DNA from: an uncultured Pyrinomonadaceae bacterium
GTDB taxonomy: Bacteria; Acidobacteriota; Blastocatellia; Pyrinomonadales; Pyrinomonadaceae
Length of the DNA stretch: 55,920 bases
Assembly: GCA_902805935.1 (NCBI GenBank)
Contig: CADCUR010000001.1
Span: 1 to 55,920, forward strand
Reading direction: 5' to 3'
The position numbers and the translations under genes were made by a program. Below, piece after piece: positions 7,791 to 16,882 of the stretch. Numbering within the stretch: position 1 is the first letter of the stretch; the number at the start of each line of letters is the position of its first letter. The notes beneath the pieces were generated by a model that saw only the letters and a list, made by a program, of their open reading frames with translations, ran no database searches and was not told where the DNA came from.

Positions 7791-7870
7791 GGCTTGGGTC
7801 TTCGATCACTCAAGCACATTGGGGTTTAGGAAAACAAAGACCGAAGATCAAAAACCAAAGACCCAAGATT
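7776..7870. repeat. Tandem degenerate heptamer arrays in inverted orientation (imperfect hairpin)
   Basis: GGTCTTT GGTCTTA GGGCTTG GGTCTTC lies at 7776-7803. AAAGACC GAAGATC AAAAACC AAAGACC CAAGATT lies at 7836-7870. GGTCTTTGGT is complementary to ACCAAAGACC. The left array encodes the C-terminus and stop of the phosphoesterase gene. Confidence 0.7.
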
Positions 7871-7873
7871 AAA

Positions 7874-8467
7874 ATGAACGGTATCATCACAATCCCAAAT
7901 CTGCTCACCTTTCTGCGAATGGCTCTCATTCCCGTTTTCGCCATTTTGCTCGTTTACGGTCAAAGCGGTTGGGCATTGCTGACTTTTTTCGTGGCGGGCA
8001 TCTCCGACGGCATTGACGGTTTTGTCGCCCGCCGTTTTAATCAAGAGTCGGAACTCGGCACGATTCTCGACCCGATTGCCGATAAACTTTTGATGACGAC
8101 GGCGTTTATTATCTTAACTCTGCCAAACATTTTCCCGCCGACGCGCCATCTGCCCGTGCCGTTTTGGGTAACTGCCGCTGTCATCGGGCGCGACATTCTT
8201 ATCATCGCCGTTGCCGGCGCGATTTTCATCATCACGAATTTTCGCGGCTTTAAACCGTCTTGGCTCGGCAAGGCAAGCACCGTTGTCCAAATCTTTGCCG
8301 TCGGTTTGGTTCTCGTCGCCGCTATTTTCCCATCGCTGAGAGGTTTTTATTTGCCGACCGTCTATACGACGGTTTTCGCTTTCGCCGTGTTTTCCGGGCT
8401 TCATTACATATTTCACGTTGCCAAATTGATGACGGAAACCAATGCTGGTAAAGGAGAGCGGCTATAA
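7874..8467 (+). CDS. pgsA: CDP-alcohol phosphatidyltransferase (PgsA-like)
   Basis: The complete family motif is present: DGIDGFVARRFNQESELGTILDPIADK (D-G-x2-A-R-x8-G-x3-D-x3-D). The protein is multi-transmembrane and about 197 aa. The ATG at 7874 is preferred, since the track start at 7781 reads through the heptamer repeat. Confidence 0.8.
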   Translation: MNGIITIPNLLTFLRMALIPVFAILLVYGQSGWALLTFFVAGISDGIDGFVARRFNQESELGTILDPIADKLLMTTAFIILTLPNIFPPTRHLPVPFWVTAAVIGRDILIIAVAGAIFIITNFRGFKPSWLGKASTVVQIFAVGLVLVAAIFPSLRGFYLPTVYTTVFAFAVFSGLHYIFHVAKLMTETNAGKGERL

Positions 8468-8498
8468 TTAAATATCTTATCTTTTGTCGCTCACCAAA

Positions 8499-8519
8499 CT
8501 TGACAAGAAGACACTCAAA
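8499..8519 (+). promoter_or_regulatory. HAIR-like (HspR-associated inverted repeat) candidate operator
   Basis: CTTGACA-N7-ACTCAAA matches 11 of 14 positions of the HAIR consensus CTTGAGT-N7-ACTCAAG. It overlaps the -35 box, and an hspR-like gene closes the operon. Confidence 0.4.
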
Positions 8520-8528
8520 TCTTATAAT
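8500..8528 (+). promoter_or_regulatory. Consensus sigma70 promoter of dnaK
   Basis: TTGACA (8500-8505), exactly 17 nt of spacer, TATAAT (8523-8528). It lies about 80 nt upstream of the dnaK ATG. Confidence 0.7.
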
Positions 8529-8605
8529 TTTTTACAGCTCAGGTAAGTTATAGTTTTATCTTTTACGAGTTAAAGCGAGAAATTTTTTATTGGAGAAAAA
8601 CGAGA

Positions 8606-10549
8606 ATGAGTAAAATTATAGGAATTGATTTAGGAACAACAAATTCGGTCGTCGCCGTGATGGAAGGCGGCGAGCCGGTAGTGATTACCAATTCAGAAGG
8701 CGGACGCACGACTCCTTCGGTCGTCGCTTTTACGAAAGACGGCAATCGTCTGGTCGGGCAGGTCGCCAAACGACAATCAGTGACGAACCCGGAAAACACT
8801 TTATATTCCATCAAACGATTTATGGGTCGCCGCTTTGAAGAAGTCGGCGGAGAAATCAAGCAAGTGCCGTATAAAGTCGAAAAGGCGGGCAACGGCGACG
8901 TGCGCATCAATGCCGACGGCAAACAATACAGCCCGCCGGAAATCGCCGCGATGGTTTTGCAGAAGTTGAAACAATCGGCGGAAGATTATCTCGGCTCTAA
9001 AGTTGATAAAGCCGTCATTACCGTTCCGGCGTATTTTAACGACGCGCAGCGGCAGGCGACCAAAGATGCGGGCAAAATCGCTGGTCTCGAAGTGATGCGT
9101 ATCGTCAACGAGCCAACGGCGGCGGCGCTCGCTTACGGTTTGGATAAAAAGAAAGAAGAAACGATTGCCGTGTTCGACTTTGGCGGCGGAACTTTCGATA
9201 TTTCCGTTCTTGAAGTCGGCGAAGGCGTGGTCGAAGTTAAATCAACCAATGGCGACACTCACCTCGGCGGCGACGACGTTGACGAAGAATTGATTAAATG
9301 GATTATTGACGAGTTCAAAAAAGATCAGGGCATTGATTTGACCGCCGACAAAATGGCTTTGCAGCGCCTTAAAGAAGCGGCGGAAAAAGCCAAAGTCGAA
9401 TTATCATCGGCGATGGAAACCGAAATCAACTTGCCGTTTATCACGGCGGACGCTTCGGGTCCGAAACATCTGGTGATGAAGCTGACGCGCTCGAAATTTG
9501 AGCAGTTGGTTGAACCGATTTTGAGAAAATTGATGCCGCCGGTCGAGCAGGCGATTAAAGACGCCGGAATCGAAGCCAAGAACATTGACGAAATCGTTCT
9601 GGTCGGCGGTTCGACGCGCATTCCGAAAGTTCAGGAAATGGTCAAAAACTTTTTCGGGAAAGAGCCGAACAAATCGGTTAACCCGGATGAAGTCGTTGCT
9701 ATCGGCGCGGCGGTTCAAGCGGCGGTTTTGGGCGGCGAAAAAACCGACATTCTGCTTCTCGACGTAACGCCTTTGAGTCTCGGAATTGAAACTTTAGGCG
9801 GCGTGATGACGCAGATGATTACGCGCAACACGACGATTCCGACGCGCAAATCGGAAATCTTTTCGACGGCTTCGGACAATCAAACGTCGGTCGAAGTTCA
9901 CGTAATGCAGGGCGAGCGTCCGATGGCAGGCGACAACAAAACGCTTGGTAAGTTTCACCTCGTCGGCATCCCGCCCGCACCGCGCGGCGTTCCACAGGTC
10001 GAGGTGACTTTTGATATCGATGCGAACGGCATTGTCAACGTTTCGGCGAAAGATGTCGGCACGGGACGCGAGCAGAAAATCACCATTACGGCTTCCTCAG
10101 GTTTGTCAAAAGAAGAAATTGACAAAATGATGAAAGATGCCGAATCGCACGCGGGCGAAGACGAGAAAAAGAAAGCGGAAATCGAAGCCAGAAACCGGCT
10201 CGACGGGCTTGTCTATTCGGTTGAAAAAACTTTCAGCGAAAACAAGGACAAACTCGACCAGGCGGCTTCGAGCGAACTTGAAACCGCCATCTCAGAAGCA
10301 AAAACCGCTTTGAACGGAACTGATGCCGATGCGATGAACAGCGCATTCGACCGTCTGCAAACCGCTTCGCACAAGCTCGCGGAAGTTATTTATAACCAAA
10401 CGAGCGCGAACACCGGCGGGGCAGCGACTGAAGAACAAGCGTCTTCGGCGAGCGCGGGCGGCGACACAACGACATCTTCGACTTCGGGCAGTGGTGACGA
10501 TAATGTGATTGATGCCGAATACGTTGATGTTGACGAAGAGAAAAAGTAA
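8606..10549 (+). CDS. dnaK: Molecular chaperone DnaK (Hsp70)
   Basis: 647 aa with the [18 protein letters not shown] and [10 protein letters not shown] Hsp70 signatures. A GGAGA ribosome-binding site precedes it. Confidence 0.98.
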   Translation: MSKIIGIDLGTTNSVVAVMEGGEPVVITNSEGGRTTPSVVAFTKDGNRLVGQVAKRQSVTNPENTLYSIKRFMGRRFEEVGGEIKQVPYKVEKAGNGDVRINADGKQYSPPEIAAMVLQKLKQSAEDYLGSKVDKAVITVPAYFNDAQRQATKDAGKIAGLEVMRIVNEPTAAALAYGLDKKKEETIAVFDFGGGTFDISVLEVGEGVVEVKSTNGDTHLGGDDVDEELIKWIIDEFKKDQGIDLTADKMALQRLKEAAEKAKVELSSAMETEINLPFITADASGPKHLVMKLTRSKFEQLVEPILRKLMPPVEQAIKDAGIEAKNIDEIVLVGGSTRIPKVQEMVKNFFGKEPNKSVNPDEVVAIGAAVQAAVLGGEKTDILLLDVTPLSLGIETLGGVMTQMITRNTTIPTRKSEIFSTASDNQTSVEVHVMQGERPMAGDNKTLGKFHLVGIPPAPRGVPQVEVTFDIDANGIVNVSAKDVGTGREQKITITASSGLSKEEIDKMMKDAESHAGEDEKKKAEIEARNRLDGLVYSVEKTFSENKDKLDQAASSELETAISEAKTALNGTDADAMNSAFDRLQTASHKLAEVIYNQTSANTGGAATEEQASSASAGGDTTTSSTSGSGDDNVIDAEYVDVDEEKK

Positions 10550-10559
10550 GCAGTGAGCG

Positions 10560-10590
10560 GTGAGCAGTGAGCGTTCTGTTCACTGCTCAC
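10560..10590 (+). terminator. Stem-loop downstream of dnaK
   Basis: GTGAGCAGTGA (10560-10570) pairs with TCACTGCTCAC (10580-10590). The left side is GTGAGCG GTGAGCA GTGAGCG, three heptamers at 10553-10573. The U-tract is weak. Confidence 0.5.
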
Positions 10591-10626
10591 GCTTTCAAAT
10601 CAATTTCAAACGAAATTAATATGGAT

Positions 10627-10666
10627 CAGCAGTAAGTCTTAATCCTTCTGCTTTGACTTACTGCTG
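10627..10666. repeat. 12-bp perfect hairpin between dnaK and dnaJ
   Basis: CAGCAGTAAGTC (10627-10638) pairs with GACTTACTGCTG (10655-10666). Confidence 0.65.
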
Positions 10667-10683
10667 GTTGCTCACTGATTAAA

Positions 10684-11859
10684 ATGGCAAAAAAAGATTA
10701 TTACCAAATTCTCGGCGTCAAAAAAGACGCGAAGGCGGACGAAATCAAAAAATCGTATCGTAAGTTAGCGCGTAAATTTCACCCGGACGTGAATCCGAAC
10801 GACAAAGCTGCCGAGGAAAAATTCAAGGAAATTCAAGAAGCCTACGACGTTTTATCCGACGAGAAAAAGCGCCAGGTGTTCGACCGTTTCGGATATTACG
10901 CCGACAACCTCGACGTAAATTCGCCGTATGGGACGGGCGCAGCGGGCGCGGCGGGCGGCGCGGGCGGATTTGATTTTTCCGGTTTTAATTTCGAGCCGGG
11001 CGGCAGCGGCAGCTCATCGTCGAGTTTTCGGGACATTTTTTCCGACCTTTTCAGCGGCGGCACGAGCGGCAAAACGACTACGGCGCGCGAACCCGAACCG
11101 CCGCGCGCGATGCCCAAAAAAGGCGCGGATATTGAGATGCCGCTCGCATTGAGTTTTGAAGAATCGGTAACGGGTTTGACGACGAACATTACGGTCAACC
11201 GCAGCGAGCAATGTTCGCGCTGTCAGGGCGCGGGCGATACGGGCGGCGCGATTGTTACCTGTCCGACTTGCAAAGGAACGGGACAAGTTCAGCGACAAGG
11301 CGGGAGATTGAATTTCGCGCAGACTTGTCCAGATTGCGCGGGAACGGGACGGCGGCGCGAACCGTGTTCGGTCTGTCACGGCAAAGGCGTCACGCCGAAA
11401 ACTGAGCAGGTCAAGGTGCGCATTCCGGCAGGCGTTGATACGGGGTCGCGCGTGCGGATTCCGAAAAAAGGTCAAGGCGGACGACTTGGCGCGGAACCGG
11501 GCGACTTGTTTATTATCACGAACGTCGGAAAACATAAATTTTTCACTCGTAAAGGCGACAACATTTACGTGACTGTGCCGATTACCGTGCCGGAAGCCGC
11601 TTTGGGCGCGAAGATAGAAGTTCCGACCGTCGAAGGCAAAGCGCAATTGAAAATTCCCGCCGGCACCGAATCGGGACAAAAGTTTCGTCTGCGCGAGCGC
11701 GGCTTTCCCAGCTTGAGAAACCCGAATTTGCGCGGCGACCAGTTTATCGAAGTGCAGATAACTCTGCCGCGCGTCATCTCGGAAGAAACCAAAGAAGTTC
11801 TGCGGCAGTTTGAAAAAGCCAACGCGGAAAATCCGCGGCGGGCAATGGGACTTGAATAG
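10684..11859 (+). CDS. dnaJ: Co-chaperone DnaJ (Hsp40)
   Basis: It has a J-domain with HPD (KFHPDVNP), a G/F-rich linker and four CxxCxGxG zinc-finger repeats. Confidence 0.97.
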   Translation: MAKKDYYQILGVKKDAKADEIKKSYRKLARKFHPDVNPNDKAAEEKFKEIQEAYDVLSDEKKRQVFDRFGYYADNLDVNSPYGTGAAGAAGGAGGFDFSGFNFEPGGSGSSSSSFRDIFSDLFSGGTSGKTTTAREPEPPRAMPKKGADIEMPLALSFEESVTGLTTNITVNRSEQCSRCQGAGDTGGAIVTCPTCKGTGQVQRQGGRLNFAQTCPDCAGTGRRREPCSVCHGKGVTPKTEQVKVRIPAGVDTGSRVRIPKKGQGGRLGAEPGDLFIITNVGKHKFFTRKGDNIYVTVPITVPEAALGAKIEVPTVEGKAQLKIPAGTESGQKFRLRERGFPSLRNPNLRGDQFIEVQITLPRVISEETKEVLRQFEKANAENPRRAMGLE

Positions 11860-11940
11860 TCTGGAAAGCCTGCGAAGTCCAGGAAGTGTAGAAAGTCCAG
11901 GAAGAGGAAATTGTTTTTGACTTCACAGACTTTCCAGACT
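11858..11940. repeat. 22-bp (20/22) hairpin between dnaJ and hspR
   Basis: AGTCTGGAAAGCCTGCGAAGTC (11858-11879) pairs with GACTTCACAGACTTTCCAGACT (11919-11940). The arm and loop show roughly 9-nt periodic units ending in GAAG/AAAG. Confidence 0.65.
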
Positions 11941-11968
11941 TCCTGAATTTTCCAAACTTCTTAAACTT

Positions 11969-12373
11969 ATGAAAAGGAAGATTAAGACATACACTATCAG
12001 CGCGGTGGCAGAACTCTTTGACATTCATCCGCAAACTTTGCGGCTTTACGAACGCGAAGGATTGTTGAAACCGTCGCGTTCAATCGGCAACACGCGGCTT
12101 TACGAAGATTCCGACATCGAACGGCTAGAGGTGATTTTGTCATTAACGCGCGATTTGGGCGTTAATCTGGCGGGCGTGGAAATAATCTTGAATATGCGCG
12201 AAAAGATGAATCAGATGCAGAGCGAGTTTGAGCGTTTTTTAGAATACTTACGCACGCACGCCGACGAATTTTCGAGCCGCAGCGATTTGTTTGCGGAAAC
12301 CGAAGCCTTGATTCCCATCTCGCGCGTCAGCGTAACGCGCGTCAGCGTCGAACAGCGCGACGACGAAGAATAA
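11969..12373 (+). CDS. hspR: MerR-family heat-shock regulator (HspR-like)
   Basis: 134 aa with an N-terminal MerR helix-turn-helix (YTISAVAELFDIHPQTLRLYEREGLLKPSRSIGNTRLY). It lies directly downstream of dnaK-dnaJ, as in actinobacterial dnaK-grpE-dnaJ-hspR operons. Confidence 0.75.
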   Translation: MKRKIKTYTISAVAELFDIHPQTLRLYEREGLLKPSRSIGNTRLYEDSDIERLEVILSLTRDLGVNLAGVEIILNMREKMNQMQSEFERFLEYLRTHADEFSSRSDLFAETEALIPISRVSVTRVSVEQRDDEE

Positions 12374-12489
12374 TTTGCCTATTCGCCGCCTCAAACCAGC
12401 CGTCTCTTCTTTACAACAAACTGTTTTTATTACAGAATAACCCTTTCAAAAAGTAATCTCATTCAAATAATTTTCAGGAGAAGTTTAAT

Positions 12490-15400
12490 ATGAAAAACTT
12501 TGTCGGCACGATTGTGCCCGCCGTCCTTTTTGTCTTTTTAGCGGCGTTCGCATTTACCGCGACGGGTTTTGCCCAAGACCTTGATGACGTAACCGTCAGC
12601 GGGCGCGTCGTTGATTCAAACAACGCTCCGATCGTCGGCGCGTCCGTCACGGCGACGCTTGTTACGACGGATGTCGAGCGCACGGTTGTCACCGACGAAG
12701 AAGGACGTTACCGCATCATCGAACTACAGCCCGGACTCTACAAAATCCGCGCTTCGCAAGCTGGCTTCGGCACGAAAGAGACGACCGATTTAGCGACGAT
12801 TGCCGGGCAAAACGTCCAACTCGATTTCTCACTCACGCCCGGCGATGTCCGCGCCGAGCAAACCGTCACAATTAGTGACGAAGACGCTCCGGTCGTAGAT
12901 ACGACGCGCACGGTAGTCGGCGGAACGGTAACGCAGAGAGAAGTCGAAGAACTTCCGAATACTTCGCGCGATGCCTTGGATTTGGTTTTCACGCTTGGCG
13001 GCGTAACTGAAGAACCGCTTTCGACGCGCGATTTATCGGTGGATAAAGGCGGACGTAATGAAAGCGCGCCGCGCAATTCGCCGGAAGAGGTCGGAATTTT
13101 CGCGCTTTCCGGCGGCACGGCTTATTCAAACAATATTACGATTGACGGATTCGATAACAATGACGACCGCGTGGCAGGCGTTCGCTTTCAGCCTTCGATC
13201 GAGTCTATTGACGAAGTTCAAGTTATTACCAATCAGTTTTCATCCGAATACGGTCGCGCTTCCGGCGGTCGCGTCAACATTCGCACGCGCGCCGGTTCGA
13301 GAAGATTCGGCGGACGGGTGTTTTATTTCTTCCGCGATGAAAGTTTGAACGCCAACAGTTGGAGCAATAATCGCCGCCGCGTTCCACGCCCGACGTTCCA
13401 GCAAAATGTTCCCGGATTCACGCTCGGCGGTCCGATTCCTTTCGGTTATTTTAAGAAAAAGACGTATTTTTATACGGCTTACGAATTTGATCATATCTAT
13501 GACCAAACCGTCACGGACACTTACCTTCCGCTGGTGCAAAATCCGCGATTTGCATTGCCCGCGCCGACTAATTCAGAGGTTATTACGGATTTCGGCTCGC
13601 AATTAGGGAGATTTGTTTTCGGTGCCGATACGCCGCGTCGAAAAAACATTTTCACCGCCCGCGTTGACCATAATTTTACCGATACTCATTCGATAGTTGT
13701 TTCTTATCAATTTGGCAACACTAATGACCGAAGACAATTTAACGGCGGGAACCGACTTGCCGAAGCCTTGATTGGCAGACGGAGCAAAACTAACGCCATC
13801 AATTTTACGGACAATTATGTTTTTAACGCTAAAACGGTAAATCAATTTCGCCTTCAGTATTCTGATTTGTCGCCACAGTTTATCTCCACCGGACAAGAAC
13901 AAAATCCGGTGGTAATCATCAGTTTCCGCGAACCGGGACAAACTTCCAACACAAGCTTGCTGGCGGGTTCCTCAACTTTGGGAACCTCTGACCGAAAGGA
14001 AAAGCGGTGGCAGGTGCAGGATTCCTTGACGCGCATCATCGGCGCGCATAATCTCAAATTCGGCTTCGATGTGCAGAATATCAATTCGGAATATATTGAT
14101 TTGACGGACGCGAACGGAACTTTTAACTTCGCCGATCCGCTCGCCACGACGACGATTCCGCAATGCTTGACCAATCCGAATCTGCCGCCGTCGGCGACGA
14201 ATCCTCGCATTAGAGGCGGCGTCAATGCGTTTCCGAGAGGTTGCGTCAGCCGTTTTCGTCAAAACTTTTTCACCGATTCGACGCAGAAGAATACTTATTA
14301 CGGACTTTTCGTGCAAGACGACTGGAAATTGCTCGACAATCTTAATTTGAGTCTCGGGCTGCGCTATGAACGCGAGACGATTATTGACGATACGAATAAT
14401 TTCGGACCGCGTTTTGCCATCGCTTACTCGCCTTTTAAGGACAACAAAACCGTCGTCAGATTCGGCGGCGGAATATTCTACAATCGAGTTTTGCTGCGCA
14501 CGGTGGATGATTTTCAGCGCGGACAAAACGAAGTTATTTTCGACACCAACCGCGTTGCAACGACCGGCGGCGCGAGGGATTCTTATCTGCTCGCCTTGAG
14601 CAACGGTTTTCCGAATACTTTGTCAGCCGATAGCCCTCTTGTTCAGAGGTATATTGCCGAAGGATATAATCAAAACAGTTTTTTCCGCAGTCTCGACCCG
14701 ACTTTGAAAATTCCCGAAAGTTACCAGTTTAACTTGGGATTTGAAAGAGAACTTACCAAAAGTTTTGTTTTTGAAGCTAATCTGACTTATAACCGCACGG
14801 CTCGTCTATGGCGTGAAGTTAATACGAACGCGCCGGTTGTTCCCGCCGGTTTTGTGGATTTGGCAGATTATCTGGCGAACGGCATTAGAAGCGGAAACAC
14901 GCGGTTTGAATTTGCGGGAAGAAATGCGCCGGACAGCCGCACTGTGAGCGGCGTTACGTTTTACAACCTAGACAGCCAAAACACTTCGACAGCGGCGGCT
15001 TCGCCGTACGGAAGAGCTTTAGCCGTTGCTGACGCGCTGCGTCCTAATCCGGCTTTAGGACAAACCGAGCAAGTCGGCTCGCTCGGCAACAGTTGGTATC
15101 GCGGATTGGTTTTGGAATTGCGCCGCCGTTATCGCCAACTCGGTGCTGGCTTCGGCGTATCTGCGCGTTTAGCCTACACGCTTTCCAAACTCGAAGACGA
15201 TGGCATCGTCAACACTTCGTCGGCGCAAACGCCCGGCGATTTTACCAGCGAAAGATCGCGCAGCCTGCTTGACCGCCGCCATCGTTTCGCTTTTTCCGGC
15301 GTCTTCGATACGCCGAAATGGTTCGGCAAATTGCGTTTTTCACCGATATTTCGCTTTGGTTCGAGCGCGCCGTTTAATCTTTCAAACGGCGGCGAAACCG

Positions 15401-15819
15401 CCGATGACCGAAATCTCGACGACGTTAATACCGACCGACCGAACTTTAGCGGAAATCTTGACGATATTGTTTGGAGAAGATTTAACGACCCGGTTAACAC
15501 GGCGGTGAGCAGCAATATTTTTCTTGCGCCGATTGGCAGAGCCGGAAATTTGCCGCGTAACGCCGGACGCGGTCCGCGACTTTATATTTTCGATTTGAGC
15601 ATCAGCCGTGAATTCAAATTCGGCGAAAGAATGCGTTTGCGTCCGCAGATTGAACTCGACAATATTCTAAATATGACTGTTTTCAGTTTCGGTTCGGAAT
15701 TTATTGATGCGACCGGATTTGCCGGTCAACCGACACAAGAATTTCTTAATAACTTTTTGGTGCCTACCAGAGCGTTTCGTCCGCGTCAAATCCGACTCGG
15801 ACTCAGATTCGATTTTTAA
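12490..15819 (+). CDS. TonB-dependent outer-membrane receptor with N-terminal carboxypeptidase-regulatory-like domain
   Basis: 1109 aa with a signal peptide, a CarboxypepD_reg-like beta-sandwich (GRVVDSNNAPIVGASV...EEGRYRI..L.PG.Y) and a plug region. A long beta-barrel ends in the terminal aromatic motif RLGLRFDF. An AGGAGA ribosome-binding site precedes it. Confidence 0.85.
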   Translation: MKNFVGTIVPAVLFVFLAAFAFTATGFAQDLDDVTVSGRVVDSNNAPIVGASVTATLVTTDVERTVVTDEEGRYRIIELQPGLYKIRASQAGFGTKETTDLATIAGQNVQLDFSLTPGDVRAEQTVTISDEDAPVVDTTRTVVGGTVTQREVEELPNTSRDALDLVFTLGGVTEEPLSTRDLSVDKGGRNESAPRNSPEEVGIFALSGGTAYSNNITIDGFDNNDDRVAGVRFQPSIESIDEVQVITNQFSSEYGRASGGRVNIRTRAGSRRFGGRVFYFFRDESLNANSWSNNRRRVPRPTFQQNVPGFTLGGPIPFGYFKKKTYFYTAYEFDHIYDQTVTDTYLPLVQNPRFALPAPTNSEVITDFGSQLGRFVFGADTPRRKNIFTARVDHNFTDTHSIVVSYQFGNTNDRRQFNGGNRLAEALIGRRSKTNAINFTDNYVFNAKTVNQFRLQYSDLSPQFISTGQEQNPVVIISFREPGQTSNTSLLAGSSTLGTSDRKEKRWQVQDSLTRIIGAHNLKFGFDVQNINSEYIDLTDANGTFNFADPLATTTIPQCLTNPNLPPSATNPRIRGGVNAFPRGCVSRFRQNFFTDSTQKNTYYGLFVQDDWKLLDNLNLSLGLRYERETIIDDTNNFGPRFAIAYSPFKDNKTVVRFGGGIFYNRVLLRTVDDFQRGQNEVIFDTNRVATTGGARDSYLLALSNGFPNTLSADSPLVQRYIAEGYNQNSFFRSLDPTLKIPESYQFNLGFERELTKSFVFEANLTYNRTARLWREVNTNAPVVPAGFVDLADYLANGIRSGNTRFEFAGRNAPDSRTVSGVTFYNLDSQNTSTAAASPYGRALAVADALRPNPALGQTEQVGSLGNSWYRGLVLELRRRYRQLGAGFGVSARLAYTLSKLEDDGIVNTSSAQTPGDFTSERSRSLLDRRHRFAFSGVFDTPKWFGKLRFSPIFRFGSSAPFNLSNGGETADDRNLDDVNTDRPNFSGNLDDIVWRRFNDPVNTAVSSNIFLAPIGRAGNLPRNAGRGPRLYIFDLSISREFKFGERMRLRPQIELDNILNMTVFSFGSEFIDATGFAGQPTQEFLNNFLVPTRAFRPRQIRLGLRFDF

Positions 15820-15843
15820 AATCAAGTTGACTTTGATTTTTCA

Positions 15844-15880
15844 GCGAAACGATTTTTTCATAAAAATCGTTTCGCCTTTT
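15844..15880 (+). terminator. Intrinsic terminator after the TonB receptor gene
   Basis: GCGAAACGATTTTT (15844-15857) pairs with AAAAATCGTTTCGC (15862-15875) around a 4-nt loop, followed by CTTTTT. Confidence 0.8.
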
Positions 15881-15962
15881 TACCTTTAAAATTTTAATGA
15901 CTAACGACAATCATTTGTGATAATTTTAAACTGTTGAACATTGTTTGTTCCGCCTTGATTTT

Positions 15963-16724
15963 ATGGATCACGTTTTAGAACAATTTGCTGCGCCCTTCAC
16001 GGAAGTTTCCATCGAGTCGGTTCTTCTTGACGCCGACCTTTTTGTGAAATACCGTTCGCCGGAGAAAGCCTTTTCTCTGCTTAACGAATCAATGGAGCGC
16101 AGCCCGCGCTCGATTCCGCTGCGCGAAAAGATGCGCGAGATTTGTATATCGCAGAAACATCTGGACGAAGCTGCCAAACAATGTCTCGCTCTGGTGAGCC
16201 TGTATATCGGGCGCGAAGATTTCGACGTGGCGTATGACCGGCTTCAGGAAGCGAAATTGTTAGACCCGCGCATTTCCGTCGCGCCTGGCTTGGACGCGAT
16301 TCGCCGCGCGCGCCGTCCCGATTTCGCCACGACGCGCGATAAATCGCCGCAGAATGTTCGCACCGACGTAACTTTCGCGGGCAATCTGGCGTTCGTCAGT
16401 ATTTTCGACGCCGTGCAGGTGATTGAAAATTCGAGAATGACCGGGCTTTTGGTGATTAAATCCGATATGCATCTGGCGAGCGTTTCGTTTAACGAGGGCA
16501 AAATCGTTGACGCCGAAGCCAACGGTCATAACGGCACGAAAGCGTTTCGTGAAATCATCGAAATCAATGGCGGAACGTTTGAATTTTCCACCTCCGAGAC
16601 GGAATTCGCCGTCGTCATCAGCATCACGAGCAACACGAATTTTCTGCTCGACGTTTTAACCGAACTCGACAACGAACGCGCCGAAAAACAAGGACTGCGC
16701 GACTCAAACCTCGTAGATTTCTAA
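15963..16724 (+). CDS. Hypothetical protein with a C-terminal DUF4388-like (PatA-N-like) domain
   Basis: The C-terminal half (FAGNLAFVSIFDAVQVIENSRMTGLLVI...ASVSFNEGKIVDAE...GTKAFREIIEINGGTFEF) resembles my recollection of DUF4388. The N-terminal half is helical and TPR-like. The ATG at 15963 is preferred. Confidence 0.55.
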   Translation: MDHVLEQFAAPFTEVSIESVLLDADLFVKYRSPEKAFSLLNESMERSPRSIPLREKMREICISQKHLDEAAKQCLALVSLYIGREDFDVAYDRLQEAKLLDPRISVAPGLDAIRRARRPDFATTRDKSPQNVRTDVTFAGNLAFVSIFDAVQVIENSRMTGLLVIKSDMHLASVSFNEGKIVDAEANGHNGTKAFREIIEINGGTFEFSTSETEFAVVISITSNTNFLLDVLTELDNERAEKQGLRDSNLVDF

Positions 16725-16882
16725 GACAGGAGTAAAAAAGTGAAAAGATGGAAAATTGAAAAAGTAAATTGAGTTCCGGTACATAACCTTTTTCACCTTT
16801 CCCCTTTTTCGCTTTTCATTTGACTTAAATTCCCGAAAACAACAAAATATAGTGCGTCTTCGCTTCCGCAGCACACTATACG

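Noticed and set aside
7793-7814. Second HAIR-like site CTTGGGT-N8-ACTCAAG upstream of the PgsA-like gene
   Set aside because: The spacer is 8 nt rather than 7. The left half is simply one unit of the GGTCTTN heptamer array, so this is most likely coincidental.
8470-8605. CIRCE (HrcA) operator upstream of dnaK
   Set aside because: I searched by eye for TTAGCACTC-N9-GAGTGCTAA and found no similar inverted repeat.
11014-11679. 221-codon minus-strand ORF inside dnaJ
   Set aside because: It is an Arg-rich antisense frame of the GC-rich Gly/Cys region of dnaJ, with no independent signals.
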